Part shown: positions 50,152 through 59,236 of the stretch, in pieces
How positions within the stretch are numbered: the stretch's first letter is position 1
Layout: each line of letters opens with the position of its first letter
Source: Limnochordia bacterium
Lineage (GTDB): Bacteria; Bacillota; Limnochordia; DTU080
Reading direction: 5' to 3'
Length of the DNA stretch: 64,000 nt
Assembly: GCA_050951545.1 (NCBI GenBank)
Contig: JBMNJG010000004.1
Span: 125,406 to 189,405, forward strand
Translations under genes and position numbers: made by a program
The notes under the pieces: generated by a model
Databases searched by the model: none
Seen by the model: only the letters and a program-made list of their open reading frames with translations
Told to the model about the DNA's origin: nothing

Positions 50152-51078
50152 ATGCAGCCGTGGGAACAGACACCTGTAGAGAAAGCACGAGCCGCGATTC
50201 TGGAGGAGTTACGGGGTTCTGAAGGCCCCGTGTCGGGGCAGGCACTCAGTCAGCAGCTGGCCATCGGGCGCAATGCGGTCTGGAAGCACGTAGAAGCTTT
50301 GCGCGAGATGGGCTACCGAATAGAAGGCAAGACGCGCCGGGGCTATCGTTTGCTGTCGATCCCTGAGGCTCCTCTACCCTTTGAAATCACGCACGGCCTA
50401 GCGACTCATACGTTGGGCCGTTCTGTGATCTTCTTGCCTGTCGCGGGGTCTACGAACGACGTGATCCGCGATCTGGCCAAGCAGGGGGCTCCGGAAGGCC
50501 TCCTGGTGGTGGCGGACAGCCAGCTTGCGGGAAGGGGCAGACGCGGACACATGTGGGAGTCGCCTGCCGGGGGCGGCTTGTGGGTATCGGTGCTTCTGCG
50601 GCCCGCGTTGGCACCTGCCCAGGCGCCACTTTTGGCGCTTCTGGCAGCTGTGGCAGTGGCGGTAGCGATACGGAAACAGACTGGGTTGGAGGCCCTAGTC
50701 AAATGGCCTAACGACGTGCTCATCAGCGGGCGCAAAGTGTGTGGTGTCTTGGTGGAGATGGCCGCCGAAAGCGAATCAATCCATTACGTCGTGATCGGCA
50801 TGGGGATTAACGTCAACCTGACAAGAGAGCAGTTGCCTGAGGCACTGCGATCCTCAGCTACCTCCCTGCGCGAAGAGTGCCGGGGTCGTGTTTCTCGGGT
50901 GGCCCTATTGCGCACGATTCTGCGTGAAATGGAGCTTCGCTACGATGCCCTAGTAACGAGCGGGCCAGAGTCACTAGTGGAGGAGAACCGTTCGCTTTCA
51001 GCAGTCTTAGGTGAAGGAGATTTGCGTGGTCAGTGTATCTGGTGTGCAGCGGGGGCTGGCGATAGGTATAGAGAATGA
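50152..51078 (+). CDS. birA: Biotin--[acetyl-CoA-carboxylase] ligase / bio-operon repressor BirA; C-terminus apparently frameshifted
   Basis: N-terminal HTH, central BPL domain (GRGRRGHMWESPAGGGL). The conserved C-terminal domain (GLAIGIENDGALRVRL...GEVSVR) is encoded in the +1 frame at 51011-51163. Confidence 0.7.
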   Translation: MQPWEQTPVEKARAAILEELRGSEGPVSGQALSQQLAIGRNAVWKHVEALREMGYRIEGKTRRGYRLLSIPEAPLPFEITHGLATHTLGRSVIFLPVAGSTNDVIRDLAKQGAPEGLLVVADSQLAGRGRRGHMWESPAGGGLWVSVLLRPALAPAQAPLLALLAAVAVAVAIRKQTGLEALVKWPNDVLISGRKVCGVLVEMAAESESIHYVVIGMGINVNLTREQLPEALRSSATSLREECRGRVSRVALLRTILREMELRYDALVTSGPESLVEENRSLSAVLGEGDLRGQCIWCAAGAGDRYRE

Positions 51079-51200
51079 CGGTGCATTGCGCGTACGATTG
51101 GCCTGTGGAGATGAGAAGCTGTTCTACGCTGGTGAGGTATCGGTGCGCAGCCGAATGCCTTGACTTGAGGATGCGTGGGCAATGCGTTGATGTGGTATCA

Positions 51201-51230
51201 TTGTCACCTGAGTGCGATAAGGCGGGTGAC
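51201..51230. promoter_or_regulatory. Candidate BirA operator: TGTCACC-N16-GGTGACA palindrome upstream of bioY
   Basis: Perfect 7-bp inverted repeat with a 16-nt spacer, about 20 bp upstream of the bioY start. Geometry matches Firmicute BirA boxes (TGTnAAC-N-GTTnACA type). Confidence 0.5.
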
Positions 51231-51251
51231 ATATAGGGGGGGGTACGTCCT

Positions 51252-51845
51252 GTGCAGCAGGGATCTGACCCGGCGCCATACGAGCAACTTGAACAGGTGC
51301 GGGAGCTCACGCGTTCAGCGCTCTTTGCATCTTTGACCGCCGTGGGGGCTTGGATGGCTCTTCCGATTCCTTTGAGTCCAGTGCCCTTGACGCTACAGGT
51401 GCTATTCATGCTCATGTCGGGGATGCTCTTGGGGGGCCGACAGGGTGCTGCAAGTCAAGCCTTGTACGTGGTCATGGGAGGACTAGGTCTGCCAGTCTTC
51501 TCTAGAGGAGGCGGAGGTGTGGGCGTGTTGCTCGGACCTACCGGCGGCTATCTCATAGGCTTCATCCCCGCAGCGTGGCTGACGGGTACTCTAGCGGAAC
51601 GCCTGCGAAGGGTCACACCAGAAGGGCATTGGTTGCGGGGGATCGGGTATGTAGTTGCAGGATTAGTTGGCGTGACGTGCCTTCACAGCGTGGGTGTGGC
51701 ACGGCTGACTTCAGTGTTGCATATCGAATGGCCTAAGGCGTTTGCCGTCGGCTCCTTGCCGTTCCTCGTAACGGATAGTCTGAAAGCGATAGTCGCTGCT
51801 CTACTGGTGGTAGGGTTAGAAAAACGTGGCTTAGGAAAAGCCTAA
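51252..51845 (+). CDS. bioY: Biotin transporter BioY (ECF S-component)
   Basis: Polytopic membrane protein with a BioY-like sequence (LTLQVLFMLMSGMLLG...LGPTGGYLIGF). Confidence 0.8.
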   Translation: MQQGSDPAPYEQLEQVRELTRSALFASLTAVGAWMALPIPLSPVPLTLQVLFMLMSGMLLGGRQGAASQALYVVMGGLGLPVFSRGGGGVGVLLGPTGGYLIGFIPAAWLTGTLAERLRRVTPEGHWLRGIGYVVAGLVGVTCLHSVGVARLTSVLHIEWPKAFAVGSLPFLVTDSLKAIVAALLVVGLEKRGLGKA

Positions 51846-51875
51846 GGGATCGGCGGGAGAGGGGGGCGAGCCTAG

Positions 51876-53192
51876 ATGATTACGGTAATCGGCGGTGGCT
51901 TGGCAGGTACGGAGGCAGCTTGGCAGGCTGCGAATCTGGGTGTCGACGTGATCTTATATGAGATGCGGCCCGAAGAACCGACCCCAGCTCATACGAGCGC
52001 GGATCTGGCGGAGTTGGTCTGCAGCAACTCACTCGGGAGTAATCTGCTAAGCAGCGCCTCTGGTCTGCTGAAGGAAGAGATGCGACAGTTGGGCTCAATA
52101 CTGATGGCGGCAGCGGATGAGACGGCTGTCCCGGCTGGGAGTGCATTAGCCGTAGACAGAGCAGCCTTTGCGCAGCTAGTCACTGACCGTATTGCGACGC
52201 ATCCGCGCATTACCATCGTGCGCGAGCAGGCACGCAACATCCCTGACGGTATCTGCATCATCGCCAGTGGGCCGCTGACGTCGCCAGCACTGGCAGGGGA
52301 GATTCAGAGGCTTACGGGTGCTCACGATCTGTACTTCTATGATGCCGCTGCTCCTATTGTCACGTTCGAGAGCCTTGACACGACTAAGGGGTACTGGGCC
52401 GGACGCTATGGCAAGGGCGGCGACGACTACTTTAACTGTCCAATGAGCAAGCAGGAGTACCTTTGCTTCTGGGAGGCACTTGTGCATGCTGAGAAGCATG
52501 ACGGGCACATAGAAGAGCCGTTGCGTTTTTTCGAGGCATGCGTGCCCATAGAGGAGCTAGCAAGCCGGGGTGCTCATACCATGCGTTTCGGCCCGATGCG
52601 TCCGGTGGGCCTAGCCGATCCAGCCACAGGCAGGAGGCCGTACGCTGTGGTACAGTTGCGTAAGGAAAACCGAGAGGGCAGTCTGCTTAATCTCGTCGGC
52701 TTTCAGACTCGTCTCAAGTGGAATGAGCAGCGGCGGGTCTTTCGCATGATACCCGGCTTGGCTGAAGCGGAGTTTGCTCGTTTTGGGGTAATGCACCGTA
52801 ACACCTTTCTCAATGCACCTCGAGTGTTGCGACCGACGTACCAGTGGCGCCAACGCGACACCCTTTTCTTCGCTGGCCAAATCACGGGTGTAGAAGGCTA
52901 TGTGGAGTCTGCAGGTTCCGGACTGATTGCTGGTCGTAATGCCGCACGCCTGGCCAAAGGGCAGAGTGCACAATTTCTACCGACAGAGACCATGCTCGGT
53001 GCGTTGGCAGAGTACATTACGACGGCGAATCCCGCCTACTTCCAGCCCATGAATGCCAACTTTGGCCTCCTGCCTTCCGGTGTCGACGTGAAGGACCGTG
53101 CCCAGCGCAAGCAGCTACTGGCCGAGAGATCACTCAGCACTCTGGAGCGCTGGCAAAGCGAAGTGGGCAATACTGATCTCTCACAGAGGTAG
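51876..53192 (+). CDS. trmFO: Methylenetetrahydrofolate--tRNA-(uracil54-C5)-methyltransferase
   Basis: Opens MITVIGGGLAGTEAAWQAA with FAD-binding. 438 aa, TrmFO/Gid family. Confidence 0.85.
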   Translation: MITVIGGGLAGTEAAWQAANLGVDVILYEMRPEEPTPAHTSADLAELVCSNSLGSNLLSSASGLLKEEMRQLGSILMAAADETAVPAGSALAVDRAAFAQLVTDRIATHPRITIVREQARNIPDGICIIASGPLTSPALAGEIQRLTGAHDLYFYDAAAPIVTFESLDTTKGYWAGRYGKGGDDYFNCPMSKQEYLCFWEALVHAEKHDGHIEEPLRFFEACVPIEELASRGAHTMRFGPMRPVGLADPATGRRPYAVVQLRKENREGSLLNLVGFQTRLKWNEQRRVFRMIPGLAEAEFARFGVMHRNTFLNAPRVLRPTYQWRQRDTLFFAGQITGVEGYVESAGSGLIAGRNAARLAKGQSAQFLPTETMLGALAEYITTANPAYFQPMNANFGLLPSGVDVKDRAQRKQLLAERSLSTLERWQSEVGNTDLSQR

Positions 53193-53210
53193 TCGAGCAC
53201 ATCATCGGTG

Positions 53211-54008
53211 TTACCATACCGTGGCGCCTCCTTCGACGGGCAGTATCACGCCTGTTACGAAGGCGGCCTCTTGGGATGCCAGGAATACGGCTGCGGCAGC
53301 GATATCATCGGGAGTGGCCACCCTCCCCAGCGGATGTCTGCCAATGATGTCATCCCAGAGGGGTGAATCCTTCATCAGATCTGCAGTCATCGGCGTCATT
53401 ACCCAGCCTGGAGCGATGGCGTTCACCCGGATGCCCCTGGGAGCATAACTGATGGCCATCGCTCGAGTAAGGGCGACAAGACCGCCTTTACTGGCTACGT
53501 AGGCGTGGGTGTCGTGCGGTGGCCGAGGCCCAATGAGCGCGTCATCCGAGGCGATATGCACGATACTTCCGCGCTGTTCTGTGATAAGGGGTAGGAAGTA
53601 CTTGCAGGTCAGATAGACTGCTGTCAGGTTCGTGGTCAAGACTCTGTGCCAAGTGTCTTCCGGGCACACATCCACGGGTCCATCACCTAGTGGGCGGCCA
53701 CTTATGCCAGCACTGTTGACGAGGATATCCAGTTTGGCCCATCTGTCGGCAATCGCCTTGGCGGCTGCACCGACTTGCTGCGGCTGAGTGATGTCGGCCG
53801 TCAAGCAGACCAGGGGGCCTGACTCGGCGGCAAGTTTGCGCATGCCCTCTTGATCGATATCGATGAGTGCAACCTCAGCCCCTGCCGCCAAGAAGTGGCG
53901 GGCGATAGCCGATCCGATGCCACCAGCACCTCCTGTAATGACGGCTCTCAGACCTGCCAGGCGGCCACCCGGGATAGATGGTATCATTGCTATGGCTCCC
54001 TTCATCAA
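53211..54008 (-). CDS. SDR-family oxidoreductase
   Basis: TGGAGGIGSAIA glycine-rich NAD(P) motif. YxxxK expected. Confidence 0.75.
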   Translation of the reverse strand: MMKGAIAMIPSIPGGRLAGLRAVITGGAGGIGSAIARHFLAAGAEVALIDIDQEGMRKLAAESGPLVCLTADITQPQQVGAAAKAIADRWAKLDILVNSAGISGRPLGDGPVDVCPEDTWHRVLTTNLTAVYLTCKYFLPLITEQRGSIVHIASDDALIGPRPPHDTHAYVASKGGLVALTRAMAISYAPRGIRVNAIAPGWVMTPMTADLMKDSPLWDDIIGRHPLGRVATPDDIAAAAVFLASQEAAFVTGVILPVEGGATVW

Positions 54009-54145
54009 ACCAGACTTTGGCAGAATGTAACCCTAGACTTCCAGCTTCTACTATACCAAACACAGACTGCATTTCGTTGTGGAGAAGCCTAGCACGCTAA
54101 TGGTACAATGGAATCATCAACTTGAAACCGTAAAGAGGCGAATGG

Positions 54146-54805
54146 ATGAATCTAGTCATGGCCAACTTGCCATTCCAAAACGGGGAGCGTGTTGTTTTTC
54201 AGGGCGATAGTATCACCGACGTGGGTCGCCGCCGCAACGTCATGTTTGACCTCGGCAATGGCTACGTCACGATGATCCGAGGACTGATCTCTGCGCTGCG
54301 TCCTGACCTGCAAGTGGACATTCTTAATCGGGGCAATTCGGGAGATCGCACTACTGAGTTGGTGGAGCGTTGGCAGCAAGACTGTCTCGACCTCAAGCCA
54401 GACTGGCTTTCGATCTTCATAGGTGTCAACGATGTCTGGCGTAAGCGTACGGAGAAACAGGGTGGTCAAAGGCATGTGCCGCTTTCGGAGTACGTGACCA
54501 ACTATCGCCGCTTGCTTGACCAAGCACAGCGAGCAGGTATCCCGCATCTGGTACTTGTCTCACCTACCTTCATCGATAAGTACCTAGAAAGCGATCTCAA
54601 TGAGTTGCTGGGCGAATACGATGTAGCGGTACGAGGGCTAGCCAAGGAGTATGGAGCACTGTATGTACCCTTGCGTCAACGCCTCCTGGAGGTTCTGCAG
54701 CGTAGCCCTGAGATTGAGTGGCTGAGCGATGGCTGCCACCCCACGCCCGCGGGGCACGCCCTGATCGCTGCCACCTGGTTGGAGACGGTAATTCAAGGAG
54801 CGTAG
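54146..54805 (+). CDS. SGNH/GDSL hydrolase family protein
   Basis: N-terminal GDSIT motif and a C-terminal DGxHP block. Confidence 0.7.
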   Translation: MNLVMANLPFQNGERVVFQGDSITDVGRRRNVMFDLGNGYVTMIRGLISALRPDLQVDILNRGNSGDRTTELVERWQQDCLDLKPDWLSIFIGVNDVWRKRTEKQGGQRHVPLSEYVTNYRRLLDQAQRAGIPHLVLVSPTFIDKYLESDLNELLGEYDVAVRGLAKEYGALYVPLRQRLLEVLQRSPEIEWLSDGCHPTPAGHALIAATWLETVIQGA

Positions 54806-54890
54806 CAGGCCTCTCTTCGCAGTTCGCCTGGTTGCATGGGCACATAGCGATCGTCGCGACTGGGACAAACTGTGGAGGAGGTGATCAGAG

Positions 54891-55574
54891 TTGACTCGTC
54901 GTGCGTCGTTGGTCGTGCTGTCGACTATAGTGCTTGTGCTCTTTTGCTTGGCGGTTGTCGAACCCGAGGCCCGCGCGACACTTTACTGGGGTAGCAGAGG
55001 CACTGATGTGCGCACCCTGCAATGGCGCCTTTCTCAATGGGGTTACTACCGGGGCACCGTAGATGGCGTGTTTGGCGCACAGACTGCCGCGGCGGTGCGA
55101 GATTTTCAGCGAAAAAACGGGCTGCCAGTCGATGGCATCGTGGGCGCAGCCACGTGGGTAGCTCTAGGTCTTGGGGGAGGGGCTGCTTCCCCTTCCGTCG
55201 CTGCGCCAGTCTCTTACGGAACGTCAACACAGACACTGTTATCGCGCTTGGTCGCTGCCGAGGCCCGCGATGAGCCATATGTGGGGCAGGTGGCAGTAGC
55301 AGCAGTTGTACTTAACAGGGTGGCGGACCCGCGCTTTCCCAATACGCTCGCGGGTGTAGTATACCAGCCACATGCTTTCGAATCGGTAAGTAATGGGTTG
55401 GTTTGGGCGCGCAGCCCAACTTCCGTGGAGCAGCGAGCCGCACGTGATGCCTTGACTGGCTGGGATCCTTCCTACGGGTCTGTGTTCTTCTGGAACCCGT
55501 CGAAACCAGTCAGCTCATGGATCTGGACGCGCTCGATCGTGGCCAGAATAGGCAACCACGTCTTTGCGTACTGA
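54891..55574 (+). CDS. sleB: Spore cortex-lytic enzyme SleB-like cell-wall hydrolase
   Basis: N-terminal PG_binding_1 repeat (TLQWRLSQWGYY...DGVFGAQTAAAVRDFQ) plus C-terminal Hydrolase_2 domain (VVLNRVADPRFPNTLAGVVYQP). TTG start with GGAGGAGGTGAT RBS. Confidence 0.75.
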   Translation: MTRRASLVVLSTIVLVLFCLAVVEPEARATLYWGSRGTDVRTLQWRLSQWGYYRGTVDGVFGAQTAAAVRDFQRKNGLPVDGIVGAATWVALGLGGGAASPSVAAPVSYGTSTQTLLSRLVAAEARDEPYVGQVAVAAVVLNRVADPRFPNTLAGVVYQPHAFESVSNGLVWARSPTSVEQRAARDALTGWDPSYGSVFFWNPSKPVSSWIWTRSIVARIGNHVFAY

Positions 55575-55612
55575 GTATGCGAGGCTGCTCCTCTGACAGG
55601 AGAGGATCAGCA

Positions 55613-56743
55613 ATGCCAGCAGAACTTGACCTGGTGACAATCCGCAGGGATCTGCATCAGTATCCAGAGACCGCTTTGAATGAGCATCGGACCGCCCGGG
55701 TCATCGCTAACCACCTGCAATCACTAGGGCTGCAGCCGCGATTTGTGGCTACTACAGGCGTGGTGGCTGAGATATCGGGTGTTCAGAAAGGGCCTGTCGT
55801 AGCCCTGCGAGCGGACATCGATGCCCTGCCAGTACAGGAACAAAGTGCAGTGGAGTTCGCCAGCCGACAGCCTGGGGTGATGCATGCCTGTGGGCATGAT
55901 GTGCACACCACGGTGTTGCTCGGGGCCGCTCAGCTGCTGTGTCAGGCTCGCCATGAGCTGCGCGGCAGAGTTCGTCTGATCTTCCAGCCAGCCGAAGAGA
56001 CGACTCAGGGAGCCCGAGCCTTGGTCGAGGCCGGGGTCATCGAGCAGGTGGCGGCCATCTTTGGCCTCCACAACTATCCGAGTCTGGCAGCAGGGCAGGT
56101 CGCCTTTCGCACAGGCCCTCTGATGGCCGCCTCTGATCGTCTGCGGATAGTGGTGCGTGGCCGAGGCGGCCACGCTGCGCAGCCGCATCTCACAGCCGAT
56201 CCGTTAGTGGCTGCCGCAGCTGTCTTGATGGGGCTGCAGACCGCTGTAAGCCGCCTGGTGGATCCTCTGGAACCGTTGGTTGTGAGCATCGGTCACCTGA
56301 CTGGCGGAAGCACATTCAACGTGATTCCCGATGTGGCCATGATGGAGGGTACGGTGCGCTGCTTCAGCTCGGCACTGCGCTCCGCCTTGCCGCAGCAGTT
56401 GCGGAGCATCGTCACGGGGATCGCAGAAGGCCACCGTTGCGGTGCCGAGGTAGAGTACCTGCCTATGGTTCCACCAGTCACAAATGATCCTTTCTTGACT
56501 GAACTCGCTATGCGGTGTGCGACTGACCTTTTCGGCGTAGAGAGCACCTCGCTCGCGCAACGCTCCTTGGCGGCGGAAGATTTCGCCGTGTACCAGCAGC
56601 AGGTGCCTGGATGTTTTTTCTGGCTGGGTTCGGGTGGGTCCCATGGGTGGCACCATCCCGAGTTCTGTATCGATGAGCGAGCACTGGACGTGGGGGCGCG
56701 TCTGCTGGCTAAGATCGCCATGGAGGCAACAAAAGCTCTGTAG
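55613..56743 (+). CDS. M20D-family amidohydrolase (aminoacylase/HipO-like)
   Basis: MHACGHDVHT metal-binding motif. Start reset to ATG 55613. Confidence 0.75.
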   Translation: MPAELDLVTIRRDLHQYPETALNEHRTARVIANHLQSLGLQPRFVATTGVVAEISGVQKGPVVALRADIDALPVQEQSAVEFASRQPGVMHACGHDVHTTVLLGAAQLLCQARHELRGRVRLIFQPAEETTQGARALVEAGVIEQVAAIFGLHNYPSLAAGQVAFRTGPLMAASDRLRIVVRGRGGHAAQPHLTADPLVAAAAVLMGLQTAVSRLVDPLEPLVVSIGHLTGGSTFNVIPDVAMMEGTVRCFSSALRSALPQQLRSIVTGIAEGHRCGAEVEYLPMVPPVTNDPFLTELAMRCATDLFGVESTSLAQRSLAAEDFAVYQQQVPGCFFWLGSGGSHGWHHPEFCIDERALDVGARLLAKIAMEATKAL

Positions 56744-56802
56744 ATCCGTCTTGCCCGGGGCATACTGACGACAGGCATGCCGAGGCTTGACGGGGGGATA
56801 GC

Positions 56803-57387
56803 GTGAAACGCGCGTGGATCTGGGTGCTTATTGGCGGAGTGTTGCTTGGAGTGGCTGGTGTCTATGCTATCGGCAGCAGAAGTCAGCCGCCAGCCGAGAT
56901 ACGGATACCCAAACCGTCACAGGTGACAACTGAACGTCTCAAGCTGGAGCAGGTGGCTAGTAGCGGTCTAGCAGGTTCTCTAGAGCTTAAGAAGGCAGAG
57001 AAGACGCCACAGGGATGGGTGGTGCAGCTGCGCACTGATGCGAATCACGCCAACTTAGGCTCGCTGCTCGAGCAAGCCAAGGCTGTGTTCGCTGAGGTGA
57101 AGCGGACCAAAATACCTGTTGCCGCATTGGAGCTAGACATCCGCACGGATGAGCTGCGGGACGAATTTGGAAGGCAGCTGACGAATGAGCCGATTGCCAG
57201 GCTTGGCCTCACGGGAGAGACTTTTGCCAAGATCGTGTGGGATGAATTTGATCCGCGGGATTTTGCACGCGTGGCCGATGATTACTGGCTACACGTCAGA
57301 TTGCGTCCTCAGCACGATACCATGCTCGAGGGGAAAAAGAAGGACGAAGAGCACGGCGCCATCTCAGTTCGGAAACCTGGCCCTTGA
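56803..57387 (+). CDS. Hypothetical membrane-anchored/secreted protein
   Basis: N-terminal hydrophobic segment. No recognisable domain. Confidence 0.35.
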   Translation: MKRAWIWVLIGGVLLGVAGVYAIGSRSQPPAEIRIPKPSQVTTERLKLEQVASSGLAGSLELKKAEKTPQGWVVQLRTDANHANLGSLLEQAKAVFAEVKRTKIPVAALELDIRTDELRDEFGRQLTNEPIARLGLTGETFAKIVWDEFDPRDFARVADDYWLHVRLRPQHDTMLEGKKKDEEHGAISVRKPGP

Positions 57388-57391
57388 TAGG

Positions 57392-58096
57392 CTACTTGTC
57401 TCGTCCGGAGCTCCATACACGACCACCGTCTGCGGGCTCGATGCACCGGGGGTGGTCGTTGGCAGGCGAGTTGGCCAGGGGTAGCACTTCATAGCCTTCC
57501 AGACCGGGTATCGGGCGAGGAGCCAGCAGGCCTTGCAGAGCTGTCGGGTCAAAATGGCAGTGGTCAAGCCATTGGTCTGTCTCTTTAGGGGAAAACAAAA
57601 TGGCTGGCATCCGATGATGAACGGCCCCTACGGTCGCGTTGGCCTTTGTCGTGACAATCGTGAATGTGCGCAGCGGCCCTTGTGGCGAAAGCCACTCTTC
57701 CCACAGACCAGCCAGGCCGAAAGGCTGACCCGCATCTAGCCTGAAATGAACGGGCACCTTTCTACCTGCATATGTATGCCATTCATAGAACCCGGTAGCA
57801 GGGATAACACACCGACGTTGTTGGAAGGCCTGTCGAAAAGCGGGTCTTTGCGCGAGAGTCTCGGCCCTAGCGTTGATCATTCTTTGGCCTATGGAGATCT
57901 CCTTGGCCCAATGCGGCACTAACCCCCAGCGCAATAGGGCTGCTTGTCGCCCGTGCAGGGGATCTTGGTAGATGCTTACTGCCAGCTGACTCGGTGCTAT
58001 GTTGTAGCGGGCGGCGAAGCCCACTGGCATCTGTGGCACGGCGAAGAGCCGGGCCAATAGCTCCGCGTTGCTGGCCAGAGAGAAACGGCCACACAT
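57392..58096 (-). CDS. SOS-response-associated peptidase (SRAP/YedK family) abasic-site processing protein
   Basis: Begins MCGRFSL (catalytic Cys2). Start reset to ATG 58096 with GGAGGG RBS. Confidence 0.75.
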   Translation of the reverse strand: MCGRFSLASNAELLARLFAVPQMPVGFAARYNIAPSQLAVSIYQDPLHGRQAALLRWGLVPHWAKEISIGQRMINARAETLAQRPAFRQAFQQRRCVIPATGFYEWHTYAGRKVPVHFRLDAGQPFGLAGLWEEWLSPQGPLRTFTIVTTKANATVGAVHHRMPAILFSPKETDQWLDHCHFDPTALQGLLAPRPIPGLEGYEVLPLANSPANDHPRCIEPADGGRVWSSGRDK

Positions 58097-58118
58097 GTTC
58101 TTTCCCTCCGTTTCGTGA

Positions 58119-59201
58119 TCAGTGATAGCCAAGCAGTGCTCTTTTCTCTCTGTGGTAGTACAGGTAGTTATCCAAAGGGACTCCGCATGGAACGCGGTGA
58201 TCAACGTGGGGAATGAAGCCGCCCTCTTCTACCACTGGTGCTAGGCGCTTGAGCTCATTCAGAATAGCGTCTCGATCTCGATAGAGCACCATCTTGTCAA
58301 AGCCACCTAGCAGAAGCAGCTCCTTGCCGTACTTACGGCGCAGCATGACAGGATCAGACCCTGCCCGCACCTCAATGGGGAACATGCAGTTGTAGCCAGC
58401 CTCAAGCCAGATATCGACCACCTCAGTGATGTTACCGTCGCAGTCCGTCCAGATGACGTCCACACCATGTTGGCGCAAGAGGCAAGAGATGCGTTTGTAG
58501 CGCGGCAGCAGAAACTCCCGTAGCATCGCCGGGCTAAACAGCGGCCCGTTGTTGAAGCAGAAGTCTTCCCACCCAGCGGCGTAGTCAAACTCGATGCGTT
58601 CCAGAAACGGCGTGATCCCATGCATGATCAGTTGGCATTGGGTTTCCACCATATCATCTACCAGCTCGGGATCATCGTAGGCCAACAAAGCGATCTGCTC
58701 AAATCCCGTCCAATCGCGAGGTTTGCCCAGCAGAGAGCCAATGTTGATCCCTACAGGAACCTCACTTCGCCGACATCGCTCGGCTATCTCGTCCATATTG
58801 GCCACTTGTCGCTGTGGTGAACGAGGGTTGAGACGCTCCTTAAAGCAGCTCCAAGACGCCCGATCCTTGATTGGAAATTCCAGGTAGTGGGGGATGCTTG
58901 CTTCTCCGCTATCGTGTACTTCGCAAATCACCCCTTCGGCGTCTTGGTACACCCTGCGACCATCCTCGACGCGCAGGGTTCTCGCCTTGAATGACGGAAT
59001 CAGTCCCAGAGGGGGGCCGACGATGACCTTGCGGTCGAGGCCGAAGTAGGCATCCGCCGCCTTCTCATCTTTGACCTCAACCGGAAGTCCCTGAGCATGC
59101 CATTCCGGGTAGAGCTGGTCCCAGTAGCCAAACTCATAGTTGGGAATCCGATCTACCTTCTGGAAGTGGAAGACCCTTTGCCAACGCTCTCTTGGGTTCA
59201 A
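58119..59201 (-). CDS. Uroporphyrinogen-decarboxylase-fold methyltransferase (MtaA/CmuA-like, putative methylcobamide methyltransferase)
   Basis: URO-D-like composition. Last gene of the corrinoid-protein / RACo operon. Confidence 0.5.
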   Translation of the reverse strand: MNPRERWQRVFHFQKVDRIPNYEFGYWDQLYPEWHAQGLPVEVKDEKAADAYFGLDRKVIVGPPLGLIPSFKARTLRVEDGRRVYQDAEGVICEVHDSGEASIPHYLEFPIKDRASWSCFKERLNPRSPQRQVANMDEIAERCRRSEVPVGINIGSLLGKPRDWTGFEQIALLAYDDPELVDDMVETQCQLIMHGITPFLERIEFDYAAGWEDFCFNNGPLFSPAMLREFLLPRYKRISCLLRQHGVDVIWTDCDGNITEVVDIWLEAGYNCMFPIEVRAGSDPVMLRRKYGKELLLLGGFDKMVLYRDRDAILNELKRLAPVVEEGGFIPHVDHRVPCGVPLDNYLYYHREKRALLGYH

Positions 59202-59236
59202 GGCTCATGCACCTCACAAGGGGGTAATGCTGCCTA

